IMG/VR virus record: IMGVR_UViG_3300043409_001074
DNA: 64,000 bases
Reading direction: 5' to 3' (one strand)
Source: an uncultured virus (IMG/VR IMGVR_UViG_3300043409_001074)
Lineage: Duplodnaviria; Heunggongvirae; Uroviricota; Caudoviricetes
A program made the translations under genes and the position numbers. A model generated the notes under the pieces. That model was not told the DNA's origin. It saw only the letters and a list, made by a program, of their open reading frames with translations, and ran no database searches. Position 1 is the stretch's first letter. Every line of letters starts with the position of its first letter. Of the stretch, positions 1 through 10,206 are shown in pieces.

Positions 1-19
1 CGGTGGTCGCCGTATCATT
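1..19. other. Illumina P5 adapter remnant (artefact)
   Basis: CGGTGGTCGCCGTATCATT is the exact reverse complement of the P5 start AATGATACGGCGACCACCG. Confidence 0.95.
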
Positions 20-21
20 TA

Positions 22-471
22 GATAGTGCTTTTGTAAGTAATAGCACAGATGTTACTATGATTAAGGAATACAATCCATTATTAGGTGTTAATCTAATAT
101 TTACATTAGAATTCAAGAATGAAATATTGAAGGATGATATTAGCGATTCTAGATTATTAACAAATGAGTTTACATTTTATTCCTCAGAATTCACTTATAA
201 TGGTAGACCAGCATATTTTGGTGAGGATGGAGTAGGAAAAATATTCATATATGAATATACTGAACAAGGAAGAAAAGTATTAAATTCAGATTGTGGAACT
301 ATTAATTATGATCTTGGAAAAATCAATATCAATAATGTAGTAATAGATAATTATGTTGGTTCTGCGGTAAAATTTTATGGAGTTCCTAAGAATAAAGATA
401 TTTTTGTATTAAGAAACACTATTATACGTATAGATTCAGATTTAATAGATGTTAGTATAGAAAGAGTATAA
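22..471 (+). CDS. gp6: Baseplate wedge subunit gp6, C-terminal part (5'-truncated by contig end)
   Basis: Frame is open upstream of ATG 58 to the adapter; C-terminal GTINYDLGKI...P.NKDI..LRN.II motif of T4-like gp6; precedes gp7/gp8. Confidence 0.75.
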   Translation, partial: DSAFVSNSTDVTMIKEYNPLLGVNLIFTLEFKNEILKDDISDSRLLTNEFTFYSSEFTYNGRPAYFGEDGVGKIFIYEYTEQGRKVLNSDCGTINYDLGKININNVVIDNYVGSAVKFYGVPKNKDIFVLRNTIIRIDSDLIDVSIERV

Positions 472-2699
472 TGAGAACTTTAGAACAAAATATTGATATT
501 TTTATTGAAAACCAAATACCATCATTTTATCTTGCTGATAATAATCTATATGGTGGAAAGTTATTAGTAGAATTTATCAAGGAATATTATAGATGGTTAC
601 ATTCAACAGATGAAATTGGATATAAAACCAGAAAATTACTCGAATATGGTGATATAGATTTAACTACAACTGATCTTCTAGATAGATTAAAAAAGAAATA
701 TATTGCAGATTTACCATCTGATATAATTGCAGATAAACGTTTATTAATTAAAAATGCATTAGATTTTTATAGAAATAAAGGAAATGAAAAATCATATGAT
801 ATTCTTTTCCGCGCCCTATTTGATAAAGATGTAACGGTATATTTACCAGGAAGAGATATATTACGTCTCTCTGATGGGGAATGGAATGTTCCACAATATC
901 TTGAAGTATCATATGTTCCAGATTTACAAACATATGTGAACAGAAAAATTATAGGTATTGGTAGTGGGGCATCTGCCATAATCGAAAATTATCAACAATT
1001 AGTTGTTAACAGAAAAACTATTGAAATTTTGACCATTTCAAATGTAAATGGATTTTTTGATAGAGGGGAATATATTAGACTTGCTAATTCCACTGATATT
1101 GAGAATATTCCTAAGATATTAGGTTCTCTAACCGGGGTTAGTGTTATTGATGGTGGAGCAGAATTTGCTATTGGCGATATTCTTGATATTTCTGGGAATG
1201 GTAGGTCAGGTAAAGCTAGAGTTGTAAATACAATATCTGGTGACGGTAAAGTAAATTTTAAATTAATTTCCCCAGGATCAGGATATTCTAGAACCACTAT
1301 TCCAATAATATATCCTAGAGTTACATTAACATTATCATCAGGAAATAATAATATTTCATCTGGACAACTATTATATCAGGCAGATAATTTAGCTAATGGA
1401 ATAGTGTATACTAATTCTACTAATGAAGTCGTTATTAAGGAAATTTCTAGTGGGTTTACTATTGGGAGTTCTATAAAAACTGCGTTATTAATGAATATCG
1501 GAAAATTGGCTAATACTGTTAATAATATTGCAGTAGGTGATGTAATTAGTCAATATAATGGAGCAACTAAAATTGCTAATGGAATTATTGGAGCAATTGA
1601 AACTAATACTAATAACACATCTATCATAGTAATTGATACATTAGGATCATTCACTCAATCTTTTTACACTGAAACTAGGGCAAATAATGTTATTATTACT
1701 AGCAATACAAGTGTTAACTGTTATGTATATTCTATAATTGGAGGTAGTAATACTGGGTCTGGTGTTATTACTGATATTGAAGGTGGCGGAACAGGAGCAT
1801 CATTCAGAATTGGTGATATTTATGATACTGAATATGTTAGTATTAATACTAATTATGTGAGAGATATACTTACTTATTCGGTATATTCATTTAATGGGGT
1901 AAGTGATACAAGTAATACTATTATCAATGATTTATTAAATTATGAATTAAATGAAGTTGGAAAAATTCAATATTTAGATAGTATAGTTCCAGGATCGGGA
2001 TACAGTTTAAATCCATTTGTTACTCTTAATTATTATCCTATGTCCTCATTACAAATAGAAGACTTAGGGGGAATTAAAGGTAATAATGCTGTAGTTACGT
2101 CCACGGCAGGTATTGCAGATGGTGTTGTAACAAGTTTAGCCTTGGTTGATAGCGGATATGGATATGAACCTGGGGAATATGTTAATATGCAGAAATCGGG
2201 GTCCTCGTTTAGTGTGACTGGTAGGGCATTAGTATTAAATCAGGGTAAAGCAGAGGGTGAATGGAAATCTACTAGAGGATTCTTAAATTCCGATAAAAAA
2301 ATTCAGGATAGTAGATATTATCAGGAATATTCATATGAATTACAATCTGATATTAACTATCATAGATATAATGATGTGGTCAGAAAATTAGTTCATCCTA
2401 TAGGAACTGAAATGTTTGGAAAATTCTTATTAACTACAACATTAACTGATGATGAAAGTGAATTAACAGAAAGCACATTAGAATTAATAGGTAACGGAAC
2501 AGTTACTTGTCTAACATCAAATGTTGTAACTGGAAATAATACTGTATTTACATCATTTTTTGCTAATAATGATGTTATTAAAATTAATAGTTATGAAAGA
2601 CCCATTACATATATAGCTAATAATACATATTTAACATTAGACACAGCTATATTAAATAGTTATACTTCAAATACTTATAGTAAAATTAGAAATTATTAG
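471..2699 (+). CDS. gp7: Baseplate wedge initiator gp7-like
   Basis: LIKNALDFYRNKGNEKSYDILFRALF, LRLSDGEW and C-terminal KIQDSRYYQEYSYELQS...VHPIGTEMFG motifs; synteny. Confidence 0.8.
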   Translation: MRTLEQNIDIFIENQIPSFYLADNNLYGGKLLVEFIKEYYRWLHSTDEIGYKTRKLLEYGDIDLTTTDLLDRLKKKYIADLPSDIIADKRLLIKNALDFYRNKGNEKSYDILFRALFDKDVTVYLPGRDILRLSDGEWNVPQYLEVSYVPDLQTYVNRKIIGIGSGASAIIENYQQLVVNRKTIEILTISNVNGFFDRGEYIRLANSTDIENIPKILGSLTGVSVIDGGAEFAIGDILDISGNGRSGKARVVNTISGDGKVNFKLISPGSGYSRTTIPIIYPRVTLTLSSGNNNISSGQLLYQADNLANGIVYTNSTNEVVIKEISSGFTIGSSIKTALLMNIGKLANTVNNIAVGDVISQYNGATKIANGIIGAIETNTNNTSIIVIDTLGSFTQSFYTETRANNVIITSNTSVNCYVYSIIGGSNTGSGVITDIEGGGTGASFRIGDIYDTEYVSINTNYVRDILTYSVYSFNGVSDTSNTIINDLLNYELNEVGKIQYLDSIVPGSGYSLNPFVTLNYYPMSSLQIEDLGGIKGNNAVVTSTAGIADGVVTSLALVDSGYGYEPGEYVNMQKSGSSFSVTGRALVLNQGKAEGEWKSTRGFLNSDKKIQDSRYYQEYSYELQSDINYHRYNDVVRKLVHPIGTEMFGKFLLTTTLTDDESELTESTLELIGNGTVTCLTSNVVTGNNTVFTSFFANNDVIKINSYERPITYIANNTYLTLDTAILNSYTSNTYSKIRNY

Positions 2700-2708
2700 G
2701 ATAAAATA

Positions 2709-5700
2709 ATGGCAGGAAAATTAACTAAAAAACATATGATAAATAATGCTGAATTATTTGTAGATTCATTAGTATCTACAAATACTAATTATTATATGTT
2801 TGCATCAAATCATACTCCATGGGATGATGAACAAAATCCGCCATCAACTAATACTACTATTTCTACTATAGAGCATATGATATATGATGAAATTATATTT
2901 GGTAAAAAAATTACTACAACAGATGTAAAACATATGATACCAAGATATGATTGGGTTTCAAATACAATTTATACCGCATATGATAAAGACAATGTGGATT
3001 TATACAGCAATTCATTTTTCGTTGTTACGCCAGAACAAAGAGTGTATAAAATTTTAGATAATAATAATGGATTAGCATCTACTATAAAACCAACATTAGT
3101 ATCTAATGCAATTTTTAAGACGAGTGATAGTTATGTATGGAAATATATGTATACTATTGATAATAGTGACATGTTAAAATTTTCCACGAGAAATTATATT
3201 CCAGTTATTGCTAATACTATTGTTCAAGAATCTGCCATTCCAGGTGGGATAGACATAATTAAAGTGCAATCTGGTGGGTCACTTTGGACCACATTTAATA
3301 CAGGATTTTTACAAAGTGTTGTAAGTTCAAGTGAATTAGTCATTAGTGCAAATGCATCAGGAAATAGTAATTATTATACTAATTCTGCAATATATTTAAA
3401 AAATGGTCTTGGTGCTGGCCAGATAGAAAAAATTGTCTCATATAATGGAACCACTAAAACTGTAATATTAGAAAATGATTTAGATGTTGCATTTAATTTA
3501 GAATTGTCAAATACAAGTGGAAGTTTTCTTCTTGGGGATTTAATAACACAGGATGCATATGCATTAGAATTAACATATCTAGCAGGAGCGGTGGACGTTG
3601 GCGATACTGCCACACAGAGCGTCACTGGTGCCGTTGGAAGTGTTTACCGCGCCACACCTACCTCTATCAGTATAAGTCTATCAGAGAGCAATTTCGTGAC
3701 AGATTTACCCATAACATTTGGTGATAGTAATATACTTGGAACGGGAACTATTACTTGCAATACAACTTCTAATACAGTAACAGGTAACGGAACATTTTTC
3801 TCTACATTTTTTCCCACAGCATCATTACCACATTATATTCAAGTTGGTGATTATTTCAGAAGAATTGTTTCCATTCAAAGTAATACAAGTTTAACTATAT
3901 CTGGATCATCTGGCGGTGGATTTGATGCTGCGTATTCGGCTAATGTATTTTATAAAGTTCCATCTGCTGCTACGGTAAGTGCAGTTGATAGTAGATTTGC
4001 ATATGGGACGACAGTTTTTTCTGATTTAAATAGTGTTAAAATTAATATAGGAAATAGAAATTCACAGTTTGTTATTGGAGAAAATGTAAATCAACCAGGA
4101 ACATCAAGTAATGGAACAGTAGTATTTTCAAATAATTCAACATTAATTTTATCAAATATTCAAGGTCCAGGATTTCAAGCAACAAATTCAACTGTAACAT
4201 TTACCGTTTCTGGATATACGTCATCTGCTACTGCAAATGTCGTTACTGTAACTGCTAGACCATCTATAACCGTTAATGATACTACTGGAACATTTAGACC
4301 AGGGGCAGAAATAACTACGTCTACTGGAAGTAGTGGTAAAATACGAACTATATCCTCCTTACCAGATGAAGATACAGAATATGTAATTTCTCCACGAGTC
4401 AATATTGATGGTGATGGTTCTGGTGCATTAGCCTATTCAGTAGTTAATACTACTAATTATAGTATTCAATCAATTATAGTTATAGATCAGGGAACAGGAT
4501 ATACTGAAGCTAATGTTACTATTACAGCAAATTCAACCTATGGAAATGGGGCGAATGTGATTAGTAGTATTGGTCCAGTTAATGGTCATGGGTATGATCC
4601 AATCATGGAATTGGGCGCGAATTATATTATGATTTCTACAGATTTTAATAATGCAGCAGATGAGTCATATGATTTTCCTGGATATGGCAAATATAGAACT
4701 GTTGGATTAATTAAAAATCCATTATTTGATGATGTTACTATATTGACCCCAACAGCAAATTCTAGCTTTAAAAGAGCCACATTAATAGTAAATAATGCAA
4801 CTGGATCATTTTTAAATAATGAAATCATATATCAGGCAAATACAGATTCTTCTGCTAGAGTATTATTAGTATCTGAGAATGGAACAAATACTACATTATA
4901 CATTGATGATATAAGAGGAAGTTTCTCATCTAACAATGCAAATGATTCTATATTAGGATTACAGTCTGGATCGGTTGGCAATACCAGAGTTCATACCTTA
5001 ACAGTATTTCAAAAAAATCCAGAAACACAGGTAATCTATCAGCAAAATACTGGGGCTAAAGGTATTTTAGTTGCTAGAGGGGAACATTATATTGAAGTTA
5101 CTAATACATCAGGAACATTCTCTATTGGTGAAATAATTTATGATACTTCAACTAATACCTATTCAAATTCCGCAGGATTTAGTTTAGCATCAAATACTAA
5201 ACCAACAACATTCTCTAGATTTTCTCAATTAGGAAGAATTACTTTAGCATCAAATACTCAATCATTCCAAAATAATGAAACGATTCAATTAAGATCGTAT
5301 GTTATTGGTAGTAAATTAGGGGATGCTGTCGTATATTCCAATGTTGATGATATTGATTTAACCTTTACTGGAAATACTATACCTTTCAGTCAGAATGAAA
5401 CTATAACTCAAAATACATCTGAAGCTACTGGTATAATGAGATTTGCAAATTCAACATATATGAAATTAACTAATATTAGTGGAGAATTTAGTAATCAAAG
5501 TGGATATTTTATTACTGGAAGCACATCAGGTGCCAATTCTGCCGTTTCTAGAGTATATCCAGTATTAGTAGTATCTGATGTAGATGGGACATGGGCTACC
5601 AGTAATACTAATTATGTTGTTGGAGTAACATCTGGGGCTAATGGATATGTATCTCTAAGTAATACAATTATTTATCCTGAATTAGTAAGAGATAGTGGAG

Positions 5701-5783
5701 AGGTATTATATATAGAAAATAGAGAATATATTGAACGAACTCCTACTACTAAAGAAACAGTAAGATTACTGATTAAATTTTAA
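2709..5783 (+). CDS. gp8: Baseplate wedge gp8-like, enlarged by repeated beta modules
   Basis: IPRYDW, VYKILDNN, YVWKYMY, GHGYDPIMELGA and terminal SGEVLYIENR...ETVRLLIKF motifs. Confidence 0.85.
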   Translation: MAGKLTKKHMINNAELFVDSLVSTNTNYYMFASNHTPWDDEQNPPSTNTTISTIEHMIYDEIIFGKKITTTDVKHMIPRYDWVSNTIYTAYDKDNVDLYSNSFFVVTPEQRVYKILDNNNGLASTIKPTLVSNAIFKTSDSYVWKYMYTIDNSDMLKFSTRNYIPVIANTIVQESAIPGGIDIIKVQSGGSLWTTFNTGFLQSVVSSSELVISANASGNSNYYTNSAIYLKNGLGAGQIEKIVSYNGTTKTVILENDLDVAFNLELSNTSGSFLLGDLITQDAYALELTYLAGAVDVGDTATQSVTGAVGSVYRATPTSISISLSESNFVTDLPITFGDSNILGTGTITCNTTSNTVTGNGTFFSTFFPTASLPHYIQVGDYFRRIVSIQSNTSLTISGSSGGGFDAAYSANVFYKVPSAATVSAVDSRFAYGTTVFSDLNSVKINIGNRNSQFVIGENVNQPGTSSNGTVVFSNNSTLILSNIQGPGFQATNSTVTFTVSGYTSSATANVVTVTARPSITVNDTTGTFRPGAEITTSTGSSGKIRTISSLPDEDTEYVISPRVNIDGDGSGALAYSVVNTTNYSIQSIIVIDQGTGYTEANVTITANSTYGNGANVISSIGPVNGHGYDPIMELGANYIMISTDFNNAADESYDFPGYGKYRTVGLIKNPLFDDVTILTPTANSSFKRATLIVNNATGSFLNNEIIYQANTDSSARVLLVSENGTNTTLYIDDIRGSFSSNNANDSILGLQSGSVGNTRVHTLTVFQKNPETQVIYQQNTGAKGILVARGEHYIEVTNTSGTFSIGEIIYDTSTNTYSNSAGFSLASNTKPTTFSRFSQLGRITLASNTQSFQNNETIQLRSYVIGSKLGDAVVYSNVDDIDLTFTGNTIPFSQNETITQNTSEATGIMRFANSTYMKLTNISGEFSNQSGYFITGSTSGANSAVSRVYPVLVVSDVDGTWATSNTNYVVGVTSGANGYVSLSNTIIYPELVRDSGEVLYIENREYIERTPTTKETVRLLIKF

Positions 5784-5793
5784 GGATACCTAA

Positions 5794-8700
5794 ATGCCAT
5801 TAGAAACTGATTTAAATAAAGTTCCATATTATGACGATTTCGATGAAACCAATAATTATTATAGAATTTTATTTAGACCCGCTACGGCTGTTCAGGCCCG
5901 TGAACTTACTCAAATGCAATCAATCCAACAGGACCAAATTGAAAAATTAGGTGGCCATCTTTTTGTTGACGGGTCAGTTATAGATGGATGTAGTTTATCA
6001 TTTGATAGTAGAATTAATTATTTAAAATTAACGGATAATTATCAAAATGGCGCGGCAGTTTCCACAGTAGATTTAGATGGTAAATATTTACGTTCTTCGA
6101 GTAATTTATATGCATATGTTGTAAATTCATATGAAGGATCAGAGGGCAGTAGTCCAGATTTAAAAACTTTATATATTAAATATACTAATAGTGGCTTATA
6201 TACTAATGGGAGTCAACAATCTATATTTAATGCAGATGATACTTTAACTGTATACACATCTGCTAATGTTAATTTTGCCACAGTTACAGTGGCTAATTCA
6301 TCAATGACGCCAACTGGTAATGGATTTGTTGCTAGTATTTCTGAAGGAAAGATTTTCCATAAAGGCACATTTATTAGAGTAGCTGAACAGAATATAGTAG
6401 TATCTAAATATGATACCAATCCAAATAATGTATCTATTGGGTTTACAACTAAAGAAGAGATTATTACCCCAGAAATAGATGTATCATTACTTGATAATGC
6501 ACAGGGATCATTCAATTACAATGCCCCAGGGTCACATAGATTAAAATTAACTCCATTATTATCAGTTAGAACAACTGATAGTGTCAACACAACTAATACT
6601 ACTAATTTCTTCACAATAGCAACATTTGTTGATGGTAAAGCAAATCGAATTCTAACTGATCCACAATATGCTAATTTAGGAAATGAATTAGCCCGTAGAA
6701 CGTATGAGGAAAGTGGTAATTATGTTGTGTCTCCATTTAATGTTACTACTGGAATAAAATATTCAAATGATCTAGCTAATACTACACATTTAAATGCTGT
6801 TGTAGATAAAGGTATTGGATATATTCAGGGATATAGAGTTCAATTCAATGATAAAAATAATATTGCTGTAAGAAAAGGTAATGATGTAGAATATGTAGAA
6901 AGTCAAACTATTACTGGAAATTTCGGTAATTATGTTTATGTTTCTGAATTTTCTGGTGTATTTAATATTAATCAATTAACCAATGTTGGGGTTAGTCTTA
7001 GAGATACCGCACAAGCATCTGTATCTACTGGACAATTAAGTGGCGGAACAGTCCAGGGAAACGATATTGGAACAGCCAATATAAGAACTATTCTATATTA
7101 CAGTGGCGTTCCTGGTAAATCTACGGCACAATATAAAGTATATTTATTTAATATTAAAATGAATAGTGGGAAAACATTTGGTAGTGTCAAATCCATATAT
7201 GCTAATTCTGGATTAGGTAATGCATTCTGTGATTTAGTTTTAGAGTCTGGATTAGCAGTATTAAAAGAAACTAATTTATCTAGTTTAGTATTGCCATTAG
7301 GTAAAAGAGCAGTAAGAAATTTAAGAAATGCTTCTGCTGCCCCAAATGATTATGTTACTCAATATAATTTTAGATCGGCTAATAATTTTACATTTACTCA
7401 ATCACAAGGTTCTGTCGGTGTATTATCTGTTCCAACTACTGGTGTAGGAACGTCTGGCCAGGAATTACCCTATAGTGGTGGAACATTATCTGCTACATCA
7501 GAATTAGATTTTCTCATTATTGCTACTAATTCGGCAAATACTGCTAATTTAAATGGAACAGTTTCTACATCAGGAAATGTTATTACTGGAACAGGAACAT
7601 TCTTTGCTAATACATCATCTGATTTATATTTAGAAGCTGGCGATTTTATCTATGTTGCCAATTCAACAACGGCAGAACTGAGACAAATTACTGTCGTTAA
7701 TTCCAATACTTCATTGAATGTAAATACTGCATTTGTGGGAACATTCCCAACCGGCGCCAAAGTAATGAGACATATTCCTACAGGAAGTGTTGTCAATATG
7801 ACTAAACCTACGGCTAATATTATAGTGGTTTCTACTAGCTCTGCTAATATTTATCTAGGAACCACATTAAATAAAGATTTAGATGCCACAGCATATTATA
7901 ATCTCAGAAGAGAAACCGCTGTTGGGGCATCTAAAATTATTAATAAAAATAGATTGGTTAAAATCAATATTAATACATCTAATACTACAGGTCCATGGTC
8001 ATTAGGATTACCCGATATTCATAAACTACGTGGAATTTATCAGGGAAATTCTACATCAACTTTTGGTGAATATAGCACATCTAATAAAAATGCAATGAAT
8101 AATTTTACATTAGATGATGGTCAGAGAGATGACCGATATGAACTTGGACAGATATATCTAAAACCAGGATATACATTAAATTCTACTGATAGATTATTAA
8201 TTGAGTTAGATCATTTTACTCATAGTAGGTCAAGTGGAGTTGGATTTCTTTCAGCAGAATCATATCCAATTGATGATGCTAATACTTCTAATACATCGGC
8301 TATTACAACACAAGAAATTCCATTATTTACTGGCTCAAATGGTATTAAATTAGACCTTAGAGATTGTATTGATTTTAGAGCATTAAAAGCCAATACTGCC
8401 AATAGTGCAACTATAGCTAATAATGCTACAATAAATCCAAGTAATACCGCCTATTATGATATTCCATCGGGTGGATCATATGCATTTACGCCTGATCAAG
8501 AATTCACTACAGATTTCTCATATTATGTTGGTCGTATTGATAAATTATATGTTGATACTAAAGGTAATATTGGAGTTAAAGAAGGTATTGCTGCAATTTC
8601 GCCAAGAACACCATCAGATAAACAAAATAGTATGACTCTTGCGGTTCTTGATATTCCTCCATATCCATCACTTCCCTATAATCTATCAGTAAGTTATAAA

Positions 8701-10167
8701 AGACCTGATTATGCAGTAAATTTATCTGTTCAACAAACTAAACGATTTACTATGAAGGATATTGGAACATTAGAACAACGTGTTAATCGTCTCGAATATT
8801 ATACTACATTAAGTCTATTAGAAACAGCTACTAAACAAATGAAAATTTTAGATGGTAGCGGAAATGATAGATTTAAAAATGGATTTCTAGTAGATTCATT
8901 CAATGATATTTTAGTTTCAGATACAGATAGCGTAGAATTCCAGAATTTTTCCCCAGGTTATGATTTTGAAAACTCAGAGATTGTTCCAAGACAAATGATG
9001 AATTGGATTGATCTAATGATTTCTCCCGGCAGTAATACTGCTGTATCTACATATGATAAATATGTTAATAATAAAAGTGATACTACCAATAAAGTTACTA
9101 TGTTAAGTGCTGCTCAGGCAGAACTATTCAGTCAGCCTTATGCAAGTAAATTAAGAAAAGTATCTGAGGGAACAGTATTCACATTTAAAGGAGGAATTAT
9201 TCTTGATCCCCCTGGTAATCATAGAATAGACGTTACTACTAATCCAGCATTAACTGCCGATCTAGCTACATTAGGTAATGTTAAAGTAGCAAATCATGTT
9301 CTTATTGGTTCATCATATAGAGTTGAAAGTGGAATAAGTGGAATTGAAACTAACCTATCAGCGGAAGTAGTTCCTTCACAGGCATCCAAAACTTTCTCTA
9401 CTGGAAATTATATTCAAGATATCAATATTACGCCATATCTTGATCCTATTTTAGTTAAATTTTATGGATTTGCGTTAAAACCTAATACTATTGTATATCC
9501 ATTTTTTGATAATGTTAATGTGTCCATTTTCTGTAGACAAACTTCGGACACCTATACTCCAACAGGAACTTATGGTGGACAATTAAAAACAGATTCTACT
9601 GGTTCAATATATGGATTATTTTATCTTCCAAAAGGTATATTTCTATCTGGGGAAAGAATATTTAAACTTATTGATGTTATCAATGTGGTAACATCCAGCG
9701 ATGTCATTACATCTGAGGCATCTGCAATATTCTTTGGTAGTAACATTGATATTTCAAAAGCATCATTAAATATACAATCCCAACCACATGATATTAATTT
9801 AAGTTCAACTTTAACTAAAACCAGTTTGGATACTCCAATATCAAATAGTCCAACTATCATTCCTCCAACACAATATCAAAATGATGTGGTTTCTACGGAT
9901 CAGCAACAGACGTATTTAATTAATTCTCAGGCAACACCACCTACTGCCACACCAGAAATTGATGGTTATGTTAATGCTGCTCAAATTTCTTATTCATATG
10001 CTATGGTAAGTGGTGCTGATAGTCCAGGATATGTAACCTTTGCAAATCTATCTGGTAGTGCTGACGTAGCATGGGCATTTGCACTCCTGGGGCATGACGT
10101 GAGTGGTTGGACGGAGATACCTGACGGATATACCCTTCCTGATGGAACAGGCTCAGAGGGCGGTTAA
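5794..10167 (+). CDS. VrlC/DUF4815-like large virion structural protein, N-terminal part
   Basis: PYYDDFD...YYRILFRP..AVQARELTQMQS, LARRTYEESGNY, RFTMKDIG.LEQRV.RLEYYT.LSLLE, RFKNGFLVDSF. Confidence 0.85.
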   Translation: MPLETDLNKVPYYDDFDETNNYYRILFRPATAVQARELTQMQSIQQDQIEKLGGHLFVDGSVIDGCSLSFDSRINYLKLTDNYQNGAAVSTVDLDGKYLRSSSNLYAYVVNSYEGSEGSSPDLKTLYIKYTNSGLYTNGSQQSIFNADDTLTVYTSANVNFATVTVANSSMTPTGNGFVASISEGKIFHKGTFIRVAEQNIVVSKYDTNPNNVSIGFTTKEEIITPEIDVSLLDNAQGSFNYNAPGSHRLKLTPLLSVRTTDSVNTTNTTNFFTIATFVDGKANRILTDPQYANLGNELARRTYEESGNYVVSPFNVTTGIKYSNDLANTTHLNAVVDKGIGYIQGYRVQFNDKNNIAVRKGNDVEYVESQTITGNFGNYVYVSEFSGVFNINQLTNVGVSLRDTAQASVSTGQLSGGTVQGNDIGTANIRTILYYSGVPGKSTAQYKVYLFNIKMNSGKTFGSVKSIYANSGLGNAFCDLVLESGLAVLKETNLSSLVLPLGKRAVRNLRNASAAPNDYVTQYNFRSANNFTFTQSQGSVGVLSVPTTGVGTSGQELPYSGGTLSATSELDFLIIATNSANTANLNGTVSTSGNVITGTGTFFANTSSDLYLEAGDFIYVANSTTAELRQITVVNSNTSLNVNTAFVGTFPTGAKVMRHIPTGSVVNMTKPTANIIVVSTSSANIYLGTTLNKDLDATAYYNLRRETAVGASKIINKNRLVKININTSNTTGPWSLGLPDIHKLRGIYQGNSTSTFGEYSTSNKNAMNNFTLDDGQRDDRYELGQIYLKPGYTLNSTDRLLIELDHFTHSRSSGVGFLSAESYPIDDANTSNTSAITTQEIPLFTGSNGIKLDLRDCIDFRALKANTANSATIANNATINPSNTAYYDIPSGGSYAFTPDQEFTTDFSYYVGRIDKLYVDTKGNIGVKEGIAAISPRTPSDKQNSMTLAVLDIPPYPSLPYNLSVSYKRPDYAVNLSVQQTKRFTMKDIGTLEQRVNRLEYYTTLSLLETATKQMKILDGSGNDRFKNGFLVDSFNDILVSDTDSVEFQNFSPGYDFENSEIVPRQMMNWIDLMISPGSNTAVSTYDKYVNNKSDTTNKVTMLSAAQAELFSQPYASKLRKVSEGTVFTFKGGIILDPPGNHRIDVTTNPALTADLATLGNVKVANHVLIGSSYRVESGISGIETNLSAEVVPSQASKTFSTGNYIQDINITPYLDPILVKFYGFALKPNTIVYPFFDNVNVSIFCRQTSDTYTPTGTYGGQLKTDSTGSIYGLFYLPKGIFLSGERIFKLIDVINVVTSSDVITSEASAIFFGSNIDISKASLNIQSQPHDINLSSTLTKTSLDTPISNSPTIIPPTQYQNDVVSTDQQQTYLINSQATPPTATPEIDGYVNAAQISYSYAMVSGADSPGYVTFANLSGSADVAWAFALLGHDVSGWTEIPDGYTLPDGTGSEGG

Positions 10168-10206
10168 TATATAATCTATATTAAATAAATAAGGAATGAT
10201 ATTTTA

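Noticed and set aside
1..19. GC-rich start of the window as a biological element
   Set aside because: Exact Illumina P5 adapter reverse complement
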